Source: an uncultured Candidatus Saccharibacteria bacterium (GTDB taxonomy: Bacteria; Patescibacteriota; Minisyncoccia; Phycocordibacterales; UBA5272). From it: DNA of 64,000 nt. Positions 54,731 through 64,000 of this stretch are shown piece after piece. A program made the position numbers and the translations under genes. The number at the start of each line of letters is the position of its first letter. The stretch's first letter is position 1. The notes below the pieces were generated by a model. It saw only the letters and a program-made list of their open reading frames with translations, had not been told where the DNA came from and made no database searches. Location: contig CAZUPO010000001.1 in the NCBI GenBank assembly GCA_964621595.1, positions 14,758-78,757 of the forward strand, in the 5' to 3' direction.

Positions 54731-56452
54731 TTATCGTCCAGTCGTCGCGCGAACAGCGCCACCACCTTGGTTACGAGAAGAACCTAGAAGTGAGAAGCCT
54801 GTTTGCTGTGTTTGGGCAGTAGTGGTTTGTGATATTGTTCTAGAAACAACCCAATCACCCTCCTCGAGACCGGAAATAATTTCTGTTACTGAATCGTTGG
54901 AAATACCTACTATAACAGATTTTCTGGTAGGAGATGTTGGGAGCTTAACCCCAGAAGTTGCATTAGTAAATGTTTGAGAAGAATCTCCGGCAGTATCCAC
55001 ATATGAAGTTGTTCCTTGGTGTTTAACTGCTTGATTAGAAACAACGAGTACATCTGGATGAATGTCAGTGATGATGTTTGCGTTCACACTCATCCCTGGT
55101 TTGATAACCTCTTCATCTGTATCGAATGCAACTTTTACATTATAGGTAACAACTCCTTGTGACACGGTACCGAGCGGACTCACTTCACTTACCGTACCAG
55201 CAAGTGTTAGATCTTCTATCGCATCAAAGGTGAGTGTGACTTTTTGGCCTAGTTTAATTTTCGTTGCATCAACTTCGTTAAGGGAGAGGTCGGCGAACTT
55301 GTTAGCTGTAATAAGTGTCACGGCACTACTTCCGGAACTGGCGCTATCACCAATCTTTACGCCAATGGCGCCTACAACTGCATCAAACGGTGCACGGATA
55401 ATTGTATTTGCATAATTCTGTTGTGCAGATAAATAATTTGCCTCCGCGCTCACAAGTTGTGCTTTTGCAATTGTTAGATCATCTTCTGTTGGTGGAGCAA
55501 CTTTGAGCGTATACGAGAGATTATTTTGTGCGAGTGTGGTGGAGGCGGCATCGATAGACTGTCCTGCTGTGATTGTACTAGAAATGAGCGAACTGACTGA
55601 GGATCGCGCCGTAGAAACTGTATTTTTGTAACTATCAATCGAGGTTGATTGAGTACCATTAAGGACAGAACTGATTGCGTCGAGGTATTGTGCTACTTGA
55701 TTAAGTCTATCTGTTGTCTTGGTTAAGTCGGTGGAAAGAGATGAATCAACGGTGAGTGTATTTAGATCATTTTTCCAAAGTGGCAACATCGCGACAATTG
55801 CAGAACGACTTGTCTCGATTTGTGATTGAACATTCTGATTGTTAAGAGGTAGTCCTGTTATAGAAAATGTTGGTGAGAGTGTGTTGGGGTTTAAGAAAAA
55901 ACTAGCCGTCTTGGTGTACACAACATCAGAGGCTTGAATATACGCGTCCTGCATCTTTGCTATAGCGTTTTGTTTTGCAGAAATAAGAGAAAGTTTGCTC
56001 GAATCTACTGCAGACTTACTAGCAAGAATCGTTTCCTCTGTAGCCCCACTTTCTGTCTTCTTATATGTTGCTTTTGCACTTTCGTAAGAAGCCTCTGCTT
56101 GTTTAAGGGAAATGAGTGCTGAACGAGAATCAAGTGAGACAAGGATTTGACCTCGTTGCACCTTTTGACCAACTGTTATTGGTATATACGTAACTGTACC
56201 ACTTGTTTGTGGCTTTAGGTCAATCTGATTTTTGACAACAACCTGACCAGTAGAAGACAGGCTGGCAATAACTGTTTCTCTTTTTACCTGTTCGAGACCA
56301 TAGAGAGTATTGTTTGAACCAACAAGAAGTGATCCGCCATAATACACTGCAACAAAGGTAACCACCACGCCACCTAGAGACCTGTACGGGTGAATGCGTA
56401 TATATTCCTTGCTTTTGTTGTAGATAGATATAATGTGATCTCGTGTGAACAT
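54731..56452 (-). CDS. HlyD/MacA-family periplasmic adaptor (long coiled coil)
   Basis: N-terminal TM, extended coiled coil, beta-barrel-type C-terminal region. Confidence 0.75.
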   Translation of the reverse strand: MFTRDHIISIYNKSKEYIRIHPYRSLGGVVVTFVAVYYGGSLLVGSNNTLYGLEQVKRETVIASLSSTGQVVVKNQIDLKPQTSGTVTYIPITVGQKVQRGQILVSLDSRSALISLKQAEASYESAKATYKKTESGATEETILASKSAVDSSKLSLISAKQNAIAKMQDAYIQASDVVYTKTASFFLNPNTLSPTFSITGLPLNNQNVQSQIETSRSAIVAMLPLWKNDLNTLTVDSSLSTDLTKTTDRLNQVAQYLDAISSVLNGTQSTSIDSYKNTVSTARSSVSSLISSTITAGQSIDAASTTLAQNNLSYTLKVAPPTEDDLTIAKAQLVSAEANYLSAQQNYANTIIRAPFDAVVGAIGVKIGDSASSGSSAVTLITANKFADLSLNEVDATKIKLGQKVTLTFDAIEDLTLAGTVSEVSPLGTVSQGVVTYNVKVAFDTDEEVIKPGMSVNANIITDIHPDVLVVSNQAVKHQGTTSYVDTAGDSSQTFTNATSGVKLPTSPTRKSVIVGISNDSVTEIISGLEEGDWVVSRTISQTTTAQTQQTGFSLLGSSRNQGGGAVRATTGR

Positions 56453-56539
56453 GGGATGGTAATGATTGTTACTAATTAACTACAAGACACCTCTCTCGTA
56501 CATAGTACGAGTATACGCTATTTTTATTTCAAACAACAC

Positions 56540-57001
56540 TTAATGAAGATTTGTCTCTTCAAACATATCCCCCTTTCGCATTACCGCAAAGTTACCAGCG
56601 CGAACCCAGGTAGGTGTGATCTTTATAAATAACATCTTACTGCCTTCCATTTGCGCAACCGGAGGAATGGCACTATGTTCTGTTGCTCGTTTAATAAGTT
56701 TTGAAAAGTAAGCATTCTCTTCGTGGGCATCTGTTACCATCTGAGCAGTACCTTCGAATTGAATGGTTTTAGGCGGATTCTCCTCTGTAACGACGAAGGC
56801 GACGTGGGGGTTAGCAAGAATGTTTTCATATTTTTTGCTCCCTTCACGTGCAAGAAAATATAGATTCAATTGTTCATCTGCAATATAAAACACCGATGTG
56901 GCATGTGGTACACCGTCTTTGGAAATTGTAGCAAGAACACCAAGGGGCTGATTAAGAGTTTCTATTTCATTAAAAATTGTTTGGGTGGTTATAGCCATAT
57001 A
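56540..57001 (-). CDS. Pyridoxamine 5'-phosphate oxidase-like FMN-binding split-barrel protein
   Basis: Pattern typical of the family; start taken at MAITTQ to avoid overlap with eno. Confidence 0.6.
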   Translation of the reverse strand, partial: YMAITTQTIFNEIETLNQPLGVLATISKDGVPHATSVFYIADEQLNLYFLAREGSKKYENILANPHVAFVVTEENPPKTIQFEGTAQMVTDAHEENAYFSKLIKRATEHSAIPPVAQMEGSKMLFIKITPTWVRAGNFAVMRKGDMFEETNLH

Positions 57002-57029
57002 TGCTTTATAGTGTACTTTGTTTCTTGGT

Positions 57030-58304
57030 CTATTGTCCAGGAAAAAATGGTCGTGAATATGCAGGCACTTCCTCAGAAATGCGAAGTAATTCATTGTACT
57101 TCGCAAGTCGCTCAGTACGTGATAGAGATCCAGTTTTTATCTGGCCAGCACCGGAGGCCACTGCGATGTGTGCAATAGTAACATCCTCTGTCTCTCCAGA
57201 GCGATGTGAGATGATTGTTCGAAATCCATTACTGTGGGCAAGTTCTATCGCATCAACCGTCTCCGAAAGAGTGCCAATTTGATTTACTTTTATAAGAACA
57301 GCATTTCCTGCGTGCTCTTCGATACCTTTTTTGATATATGTTGTATTTGTAACAAAAAGATCATCCCCGACGAGTTGCGTTGTAGTTCCGAGTACGCTAG
57401 TTAATTTTTTCCAACCCTCCCAATCATCCTCACTCAAACCGTCTTCGATTGATACGATAGGAAAATGATCACGAAGTTTTTTTAGATACTCAATCATCTC
57501 ATCGCTTGTATACGAAACACCATCACAAGCAAGTGTATACATACCACCCTCATAAAACTCGCTTGAAGCAGCATCGAGAGCAAACACAATGTCTTCTCCT
57601 GGGTTAAGACCCGCCTCTTTCACAGCACGGGTAAGCATGATGAGTGCTTCACGGTTACTGATAGCACCAACAATCGGGAATCCTCCCTCGTCCCCTACGC
57701 CACTTACACCACGCTTATGCATAATCTCACGAAGTCGATAGAAGACTTTTGTGAGTTGCTCTAGCGCTAGTGGAAATGTCTCTGCGCGAACGGGAACAAT
57801 CATCCATTCTTGGATATCCGTAGAGTGTGGCGCGTGCTTGCCTCCATTTAAGACATTAACAAGCGGGGTTGGCAGTGAAGGCTCTTTCTGGAATGTAAAA
57901 TCTTGGCGCAAGGATTGATAAAGAGGGATATTCCTTTGGGAAGCAATTGCTTTTGCTACAGCAAGAGACAAAACAAGGAGAGTGTTTGCTCCGAGCCGGG
58001 ACTTGTTAGGAGTGCCATCTAGTTGAAGCAAGTGCATATCAAACTCTCGCTGAGAAGCAAATTCTCGGGAGATAACACTTGGAATAACTTCATTACGAAG
58101 ATAGGTAAGCGCAGTCTCAACACCCTTTCCATCAAACTTCTCACCACCATCTCGTAATTCAAGCGCTTCTCTCGAGCCAGTAGATGCGCCGGAGGGAACA
58201 CTCGCACGCCCTGTACCCCCTCCTAGAAGAGTGACATCAACCTCAAGCGTTGGGTATCCGCGAGAATCAAATATCATACGAGGTGTTACGTGCTCTAGTT
58301 TCAT
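57030..58304 (-). CDS. eno: Enolase
   Basis: Canonical enolase motifs (SIEDGLSEDDWEGW, metal ligands). Confidence 0.95.
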   Translation of the reverse strand: MKLEHVTPRMIFDSRGYPTLEVDVTLLGGGTGRASVPSGASTGSREALELRDGGEKFDGKGVETALTYLRNEVIPSVISREFASQREFDMHLLQLDGTPNKSRLGANTLLVLSLAVAKAIASQRNIPLYQSLRQDFTFQKEPSLPTPLVNVLNGGKHAPHSTDIQEWMIVPVRAETFPLALEQLTKVFYRLREIMHKRGVSGVGDEGGFPIVGAISNREALIMLTRAVKEAGLNPGEDIVFALDAASSEFYEGGMYTLACDGVSYTSDEMIEYLKKLRDHFPIVSIEDGLSEDDWEGWKKLTSVLGTTTQLVGDDLFVTNTTYIKKGIEEHAGNAVLIKVNQIGTLSETVDAIELAHSNGFRTIISHRSGETEDVTIAHIAVASGAGQIKTGSLSRTERLAKYNELLRISEEVPAYSRPFFPGQ

Positions 58305-58343
58305 ATCTATAAGTATATATCACAATTACAAAATCACCTTAGC

Positions 58344-60023
58344 GTGATACACTTATCTACTATAGATATGACTCGTTTATATTTTTATGACATTCAAGAG
58401 GCAGAAAAAGAGCCGCTCCAGAGATCTCTCACACACCTAGAACCCGTATATATAGAGCAACCGATACGTTTGGACCTTGTTCATGAAGATGCAGAAATTG
58501 TGTCGCTCTTTGTTTCAAGCACTCTCACAAGAGAAATGATCGACAAGATGCCAAATTTAAAACTAGTCGTCACACGCTCTACTGGATTTGATCACATTGA
58601 TATACAAGCACTGAGTGAACGCACCATCCCAGTACTCAATGTACCAAGTTACGGCGAACACACCGTTGCAGAATACGGATTTGGATTACTCCTTGGTCTT
58701 ACTAGAAAAATTCCGATCGCAACTAAAATGACGCGAGAAAACGTGTGTGTACCTCCAGAGGAGGTACGTGGTGTTGATCTTTCCGGAAAAACTCTTGGGG
58801 TTGTTGGCGCTGGAAGAATCGGTAGAAAAATGATTGCTATGGGAAGAGGTTTTGGTATGAATGTGCTCGCATATGACCCGCACGAGGACGCCGCTTCTGC
58901 TACATCGCTTGGTTTCCGTTACGCCCCACTTGAAGAAGTTCTAAGAGCTTCTGATGTTATTAGTCTTCACATGCCAGCAACGCCAGAAAATCATCACATG
59001 ATTTCGCGTGATGTTTTGCAACATGTCGTGAAAAAAGGAGTTTACATCATTAATACCGCTCGTGGTGAACTTATCGATACTGAGGCTCTCATAGAAGCAC
59101 TTCAGGGTGGAATTGTTGCGGGTGCCGGACTCGATGTGTGTGAAGGAGAAGAGTTACTTAAACGTCGTTGTTCGATAGAAGTCTTTAATGCAGCTAACAG
59201 TACTGAATTATTGAAAGAGTCGGCACATATTTCTATATTGAAGAGTCTTCCTAATGTACTTCTTACACCTCACATCGCATATGACACTGTAGAGGCGCTC
59301 GGTAGAATTTGTGATACAACCGCCTCCAACATACAATCATTTTTGCAAGGCACAATCGTCAATCAAGTAAAATCTGGAGTAAAACCGTTTGGGAAACTTA
59401 TTCTCATTCGTCACGCAGAGTCAGAATGGAATGCTCAGGGTATGTGGACTGGTACACGAGACAAACATCTTACCGACAAAGGATTCCAAGATGCCCGAGT
59501 GCTGGGTACCATTATTGAAGATATCCATATCGATCATGCTTTTGCGTCGACACAACTACGTACAATCGAAACACTGTCTTCTATCTTGGGGACTATGCAC
59601 CAACTGACGGTTCCAATATCTCGAGATTCGTCACTCAATGAACGCGACTATGGTGACTATACCGGAAAAAATAAACATGAGATGAAAGAAATCCTTGGTG
59701 AAGAACAATTTGAAAAAGTTCGACGAGGATGGAATGTGCCTATTCCAAACGGTGAGACGTTAGAGATGGTCTATAACCGTACAGTACCCTACTACCAGTC
59801 TAGTATTGTGCCACGCTTACAGAAGGGAGAAAATGTTCTCATTGTGTCTCATGGAAATGCTTTACGTGCTCTTATGAAATATATTGAATCGCTTTCGGAT
59901 GAACAGATAGAGCATACCGAGATGATGTTTGGCGGTGCTGTCGTCTATACCGTTAATGAGCAAGGTCTGATGACTCACAAAGAAACTCGCGAGACCCCCT
60001 CCCTCTCATACGATCATGTTTAA
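58344..60023 (+). CDS. Fusion protein: D-isomer-specific 2-hydroxyacid dehydrogenase (PGDH-like) + 2,3-bisphosphoglycerate-dependent phosphoglycerate mutase (GpmA)
   Basis: N-terminal GVVGAGRIGRKM Rossmann region plus catalytic R/E/H; C-terminal LILIRHAESEWN and downstream dPGM motifs from ~59360; one uninterrupted 559-aa frame. Confidence 0.8.
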   Translation: MIHLSTIDMTRLYFYDIQEAEKEPLQRSLTHLEPVYIEQPIRLDLVHEDAEIVSLFVSSTLTREMIDKMPNLKLVVTRSTGFDHIDIQALSERTIPVLNVPSYGEHTVAEYGFGLLLGLTRKIPIATKMTRENVCVPPEEVRGVDLSGKTLGVVGAGRIGRKMIAMGRGFGMNVLAYDPHEDAASATSLGFRYAPLEEVLRASDVISLHMPATPENHHMISRDVLQHVVKKGVYIINTARGELIDTEALIEALQGGIVAGAGLDVCEGEELLKRRCSIEVFNAANSTELLKESAHISILKSLPNVLLTPHIAYDTVEALGRICDTTASNIQSFLQGTIVNQVKSGVKPFGKLILIRHAESEWNAQGMWTGTRDKHLTDKGFQDARVLGTIIEDIHIDHAFASTQLRTIETLSSILGTMHQLTVPISRDSSLNERDYGDYTGKNKHEMKEILGEEQFEKVRRGWNVPIPNGETLEMVYNRTVPYYQSSIVPRLQKGENVLIVSHGNALRALMKYIESLSDEQIEHTEMMFGGAVVYTVNEQGLMTHKETRETPSLSYDHV

Positions 60024-61044
60024 GGTACTTACACATACACCCGAGGTTATAGCAACAATAGGACCAAGTTCTGAAAGTGAAGAAGTGCTTCGTACTATGC
60101 TTTCGAATGGGTTACGTATTGGTCGTTTTAATTTTAGTCACGGTGATTACGAAACACAAAAAAAGCGAGTGGATCTTTTCCTTTCACTTGCACAAGAAGG
60201 GTCTATACCCCATCTTGTATTCGCAGATCTTTCTGGACCAAAAGTCCGTGTAGGCAAATTAGAGAATGGCTCTGTCGAACTTCTTGTTGGCGCTTCGTTT
60301 AGTCTCACAACCAAGGAAATCGTTGGCTCAGCGATCTGTGCACATGTCACGTACGCACATTTTACAAAAGGTATCCAAGCAGGAATGAAAATCCTTCTGG
60401 ATGATGGCAGAATTGAACTGGTGGTAGAAAATGTTACCGAGGATACTGCTCAAACACGCGTGCTTCGTGGTGGAATGCTTCTTGAAGAAAAAGGAGTGAA
60501 TGTGCCCGAAGCGCTCTGGAGTCTCTCTTCGCTTACAGAAAAAGATCTTCAGGACCTATCATTTATCATGAATGAGAACTATCACGCAATCGCCCTTTCA
60601 TTTGTACGCTCAAAAGAAAACATCGAGGAAGCAAGGAAGTACATGCAAACCACATTTAATAAAACCTTGCCAATTATTACAAAGATAGAAACCAGGCAAG
60701 CGCTTCACAACTTAGAGACCATCATAGAAAGTTCGGACGTTGTCATGGTCGCTCGCGGAGACTTGGGAGTGGAGATTGGTCTCGAACATGTGCCGATGCA
60801 TCAGAAACGTATTTGTGAAGTTGCTTCTCGCTACAACAAGCCTGTGATCGTAGCAACACAACTGCTTGAATCTATGGTGGAGTCACCGACACCTACACGG
60901 GCAGAGGTGAGCGATGTCGTAAACGCGATACTTGATGGCGCATCATACATTATGCTTTCTGATGAAACAACCACAGGTAAATACCCTATTGAGGCCGTCT
61001 CAACGCTTTCTACTATTATCAAAGACTACAACGCAACTGTGTAA
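60016..61044 (+). CDS. pyk: Pyruvate kinase, short form lacking the C-terminal regulatory domain
   Basis: MVARGDLGVEIG, KPVIVATQLLESM motifs; 342 aa; 8-nt overlap with the upstream gene. Confidence 0.85.
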   Translation: MFKVLTHTPEVIATIGPSSESEEVLRTMLSNGLRIGRFNFSHGDYETQKKRVDLFLSLAQEGSIPHLVFADLSGPKVRVGKLENGSVELLVGASFSLTTKEIVGSAICAHVTYAHFTKGIQAGMKILLDDGRIELVVENVTEDTAQTRVLRGGMLLEEKGVNVPEALWSLSSLTEKDLQDLSFIMNENYHAIALSFVRSKENIEEARKYMQTTFNKTLPIITKIETRQALHNLETIIESSDVVMVARGDLGVEIGLEHVPMHQKRICEVASRYNKPVIVATQLLESMVESPTPTRAEVSDVVNAILDGASYIMLSDETTTGKYPIEAVSTLSTIIKDYNATV

Positions 61045-61050
61045 ATTATC

Positions 61051-62016
61051 TTATCGAGTGAAGGTAAATGTCTTTGCTATGTCTCCTGCTGTTGTGTAGT
61101 AACCGCTGAGCGCTGCCTCACTTAATCCTGGCTTCATGGTGTCATCTTTGTATGTTGATTGATGGCGTATCTGCTCAATAACGTAACACATATTATTGTG
61201 AACGGTACGATAACTTTCTCCCTTCATCATTTTCATCATTCCCGCATCCTCAAAACTAAAGCGCTTGAACGTCACACCGTTAATACTTACGTTAAGAATT
61301 TTTTGTGATGTATACCCAGGATCCATGGAGTAACACTCTTGTACATTTGGACTAACTCCAACGCGTGTCTCCGCTACGTAAAATAGTGGATAATTCTTTC
61401 CAGAGGATACGGTTCCCTGATCAATTCGATATACTGGGAACGACACGACGACTTTACCTTGATTATTAAGTGCTGCATTTATTCTCCAGTTACTTGCTAC
61501 ATCGTAAAAGGTTGTGAAGTATGGCTGTGAAGTTACTGTAGCTGGAAATCTCATCGAAAATCCATACTCACTATTTGCATAACTGCGAGGAAACGATGAT
61601 TTGGTGGCAGTCTTTTGTGATGGCCCAGTACTAGATGAAGAACTTTTTGTAGTGGTGGTAGCTACGGTGCTCGTAACCGCACTCTGGTCGGATGGCGTGG
61701 TGCAGTTTGAATATGTTGTACTTGATCCTTCCGTGAGCCATGCAGTGTCGCCCTTATTCCAAAACACAACACTCTCGTCTTTGTTTCCATAACGAGCACC
61801 GGAGGCAGACACAAGATGGGCAAGTGCCATAACGCGCCCATCACTTAGCCGAAGAGAAACTTTTTCATCATCTTTAGGATAAAATGTCGCCCGGATAGTA
61901 GAACTCCCTTCACAAGAAAATAAGTATGTTTGTTTCTCTTGTTTAATAAAAAATGCCCATACTAAAATAAGAATTCCGACGCCTACAAGAAATGCTTTTG
62001 AAGTGACAATTTTCAT
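61051..62016 (-). CDS. Membrane-anchored protein with an N-terminal MliC-like (lysozyme-inhibitor fold) domain and a Thr/Ser-rich linker
   Basis: C…Y…V.L……SGA.Y……FW.KG……C pattern; start taken at MKIVTSK. Confidence 0.5.
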   Translation of the reverse strand: MKIVTSKAFLVGVGILILVWAFFIKQEKQTYLFSCEGSSTIRATFYPKDDEKVSLRLSDGRVMALAHLVSASGARYGNKDESVVFWNKGDTAWLTEGSSTTYSNCTTPSDQSAVTSTVATTTTKSSSSSTGPSQKTATKSSFPRSYANSEYGFSMRFPATVTSQPYFTTFYDVASNWRINAALNNQGKVVVSFPVYRIDQGTVSSGKNYPLFYVAETRVGVSPNVQECYSMDPGYTSQKILNVSINGVTFKRFSFEDAGMMKMMKGESYRTVHNNMCYVIEQIRHQSTYKDDTMKPGLSEAALSGYYTTAGDIAKTFTFTR

Positions 62017-62119
62017 ATATGGTGTATATAACAAGTGTATCACTGGGGTATGGTACCTGTATATAAGGGTATAAAAACCTTTGTTTTACATAGGTAACGT
62101 GTGGTATGCTTGAAATTAT

Positions 62120-62815
62120 ATGAAACAGCAAGTAACTACAGCCATTATTCTTTGTGCGGGTCGTGGTACTCGTATGGGAACGCTTACTGATACATTACCT
62201 AAACCCCTTCTCCCCCTTTCAACGGGGGTCACTCTTCTTGAAGCCAAGTTACAAGCCCTCCCGGAGAGTATCACCCGCATCATTCTTATTGTTGGATATA
62301 TGGGTGACAAAATTCGCCAACACATCGGCACAATGTACCAAGGCAAGGAAGTTCTCTACATTGAGCAAGATATCGAGAAATCCTACGGCGTGGGTGCGGC
62401 ACTCTACCTATGTAAACCATATATACATGACGAAATAGTACTTGTCATGATGGGGGATGATATTTATGCAAAAGAAGATCTGCGGAAACTTTGTGAGTAT
62501 GAATATTCTATCCTCTTGGCATATCTTGGGGAACAAAAATATAACGCTAAGTGGCAAGTTGCCGTACGAGATAACTCTACTCTACAAGAATTTTATCCTG
62601 AGGTTCCACCCAAAGAAAAGCAGACCGGCATCATCAACGCCGCTGCGTACACATTCGGACCAAAATATTTTGATCTAGAGCCGGTACAAGGACTAAGTGG
62701 GGAACTAGAAATACCTCCAACAATGATGAAACTAATAGCGCTTGGAACAGATTTCCATGTTGTGCGTGCAACATATTGGAAACAAGTAACTGCACCGGAA
62801 GATTTAGTTCTTTAG
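62120..62815 (+). CDS. Sugar-phosphate nucleotidyltransferase (NTP_transferase family)
   Basis: AIILCAGRGTRMG signature. Confidence 0.8.
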   Translation: MKQQVTTAIILCAGRGTRMGTLTDTLPKPLLPLSTGVTLLEAKLQALPESITRIILIVGYMGDKIRQHIGTMYQGKEVLYIEQDIEKSYGVGAALYLCKPYIHDEIVLVMMGDDIYAKEDLRKLCEYEYSILLAYLGEQKYNAKWQVAVRDNSTLQEFYPEVPPKEKQTGIINAAAYTFGPKYFDLEPVQGLSGELEIPPTMMKLIALGTDFHVVRATYWKQVTAPEDLVL

Positions 62816-63249
62816 AGTGGGAGACGTTTTGGCATAGCCAAGATTCTTTTTGGATCTTTTTTCCACGCATCACTTACGTCAACATAGAGTTCCAATTCAT
62901 TATTATCTGGATCAAGAATATAGAGGCTATGGGTAACATGATGATCTGCACTCCCTACTATTTGCACTTCGCGAGAAATAAGTTCCCGCTGCACCTCGCG
63001 TAATTCCTCGGTACTATTCCCAACCTTGAATCCAATGTGATAGAGGCCGGGCTCTGGCCGCCCCATGGTTCTTGGCTCTCCACCAACTTCGATGAGTAAT
63101 AATTCATGATGCGTCCTTCCACCAGAATATAGTGCGGTGTGCAAATCTCGATGTATCTCATGAAAACCTAAAATATCTCTATAGAATGATGCTGATTTTC
63201 CGAGGTTTGAAACATACAGCACAACGTGCCCAAGTTCAAGTATCTTCAT
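62812..63249 (-). CDS. VOC-family glyoxalase / dioxygenase-like protein
   Basis: Paired beta-alpha-beta-beta-beta modules with H/E metal ligands. Confidence 0.7.
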   Translation of the reverse strand: MKILELGHVVLYVSNLGKSASFYRDILGFHEIHRDLHTALYSGGRTHHELLLIEVGGEPRTMGRPEPGLYHIGFKVGNSTEELREVQRELISREVQIVGSADHHVTHSLYILDPDNNELELYVDVSDAWKKDPKRILAMPKRLPL

Positions 63250-63305
63250 ATCTAGGAGTATACCAAATACTGAAAAACGACCGTTTTACTATGGTACACT
63301 TAATT

Positions 63306-64000
63306 CTACGTACATGAAAAGTGTCCTCATTTCACTCTATAGTTCCTTTGCGGTGTTTGCATCATTTCTGCTTGGTATTTTGCTCTATGGACCACGTACT
63401 GCGGTTTCCCCTGCCCCTCTTATAACAAAAAACATAGAGATGGTCGCGACAACATCTCTGCTTGTTGTACAACAAGAGCAATCAACTAAGCCAATAGCTA
63501 CAACATCCTCAAACGTAGCCATTAAGGCTCCAATAAAAAAAGTACTTCCACAAGTTACTAAACCTGTTGCCATAACACCAACAACAGATACACACATCGA
63601 TACGATGACTGACACGGTTCGTTCTTCATCGTACAAAAATCCATGTCTTGAAACAGTAACGTACGGTCTTGGGAAATTTGATGAACGTTTTGGAATTTCA
63701 AAAGACGCATTACTTTCCACACTTGAACGATCTGTAACCACATGGAATACGGCGGGACAAAAAATATTCTTTAGGGTTGCAACGTCATCTCCAGATATAC
63801 GCGTCGATCTTATATATGATGAACGTCAAGAAAACACGGTTAGTAATAATTTCTTAAAAGCAGAAATCGATAACTCCAAACAAAATGCCGAAGGAATACG
63901 CAATGAGTACGAAGCTATGAAGGTGTCATTCACCACAAAAAAAACTACCTACCTAAACGACTCTGAAGTATTTACACAACAACAAAAGCAATACAACGAT
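63306..64000 (+). CDS. Hypothetical secreted/membrane-anchored protein, 3'-partial at the window edge
   Basis: Open frame from ATG 63306 to the window end; N-terminal hydrophobic segment. Confidence 0.5.

Overview
This is a 64 kb segment of an AT-rich bacterial chromosome with roughly 35-40% GC in its native genes, and genes on both strands. The native backbone includes: an RND efflux pump (5'-partial), rlmB, a 1278-aa Thr/Ser/Cys-rich surface protein, an AddA-like UvrD helicase-nuclease plus a separate PD-(D/E)XK nuclease, rpmA, rplI, ctpA, cysS, dnaB, recR, rplU, rmuC, yqeY, a thermonuclease, a class IV aminotransferase, a Fur-family regulator with a YibE/F membrane protein, GNAT and VOC enzymes, M15 and M32 peptidases, a MacAB-like ABC efflux operon, and a lower-glycolysis cluster (eno, a dehydrogenase-GpmA fusion, a short pyk), plus many small hypothetical and membrane ORFs. 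The low GC, small ORFs, giant surface protein and minimal glycolysis resemble Patescibacteria/CPR-like genomes, but that is inference only.

Three things stand out.

(1) At least 13 GC-rich expression units (about 50-62% GC) sit in intergenic gaps. Each has a near-consensus sigma70 promoter, a Shine-Dalgarno site, one or two ORFs and a GC-rich intrinsic terminator. Products include a Macro-domain-like protein, a DNPH1/nucleoside-deoxyribosyltransferase-like protein, five or more small membrane proteins (three are tandem paralogous TM+wHTH-like modules with identical 46-bp 3' flanks), and several unknown two-gene pairs. The first unit is flanked by a 35-bp direct duplication of the rlmB 3' end.

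(2) A tRNA-Gln(UUG)-anchored mosaic region (41.2-46.8 kb) carries interleaved 290-bp and 190-bp direct repeats, four copies of the tRNA 3' end, two identical DUF1059 genes, a KAP-family P-loop NTPase and other cargo, but no integrase.

(3) Three ORF-free GC-rich structured regions with promoters and/or terminators are candidate ncRNAs whose class I could not assign.

Other notes: a dehydrogenase-phosphoglycerate mutase gene fusion, a G8 homopolymer frameshift, and operator-like palindromes shared between two promoters.
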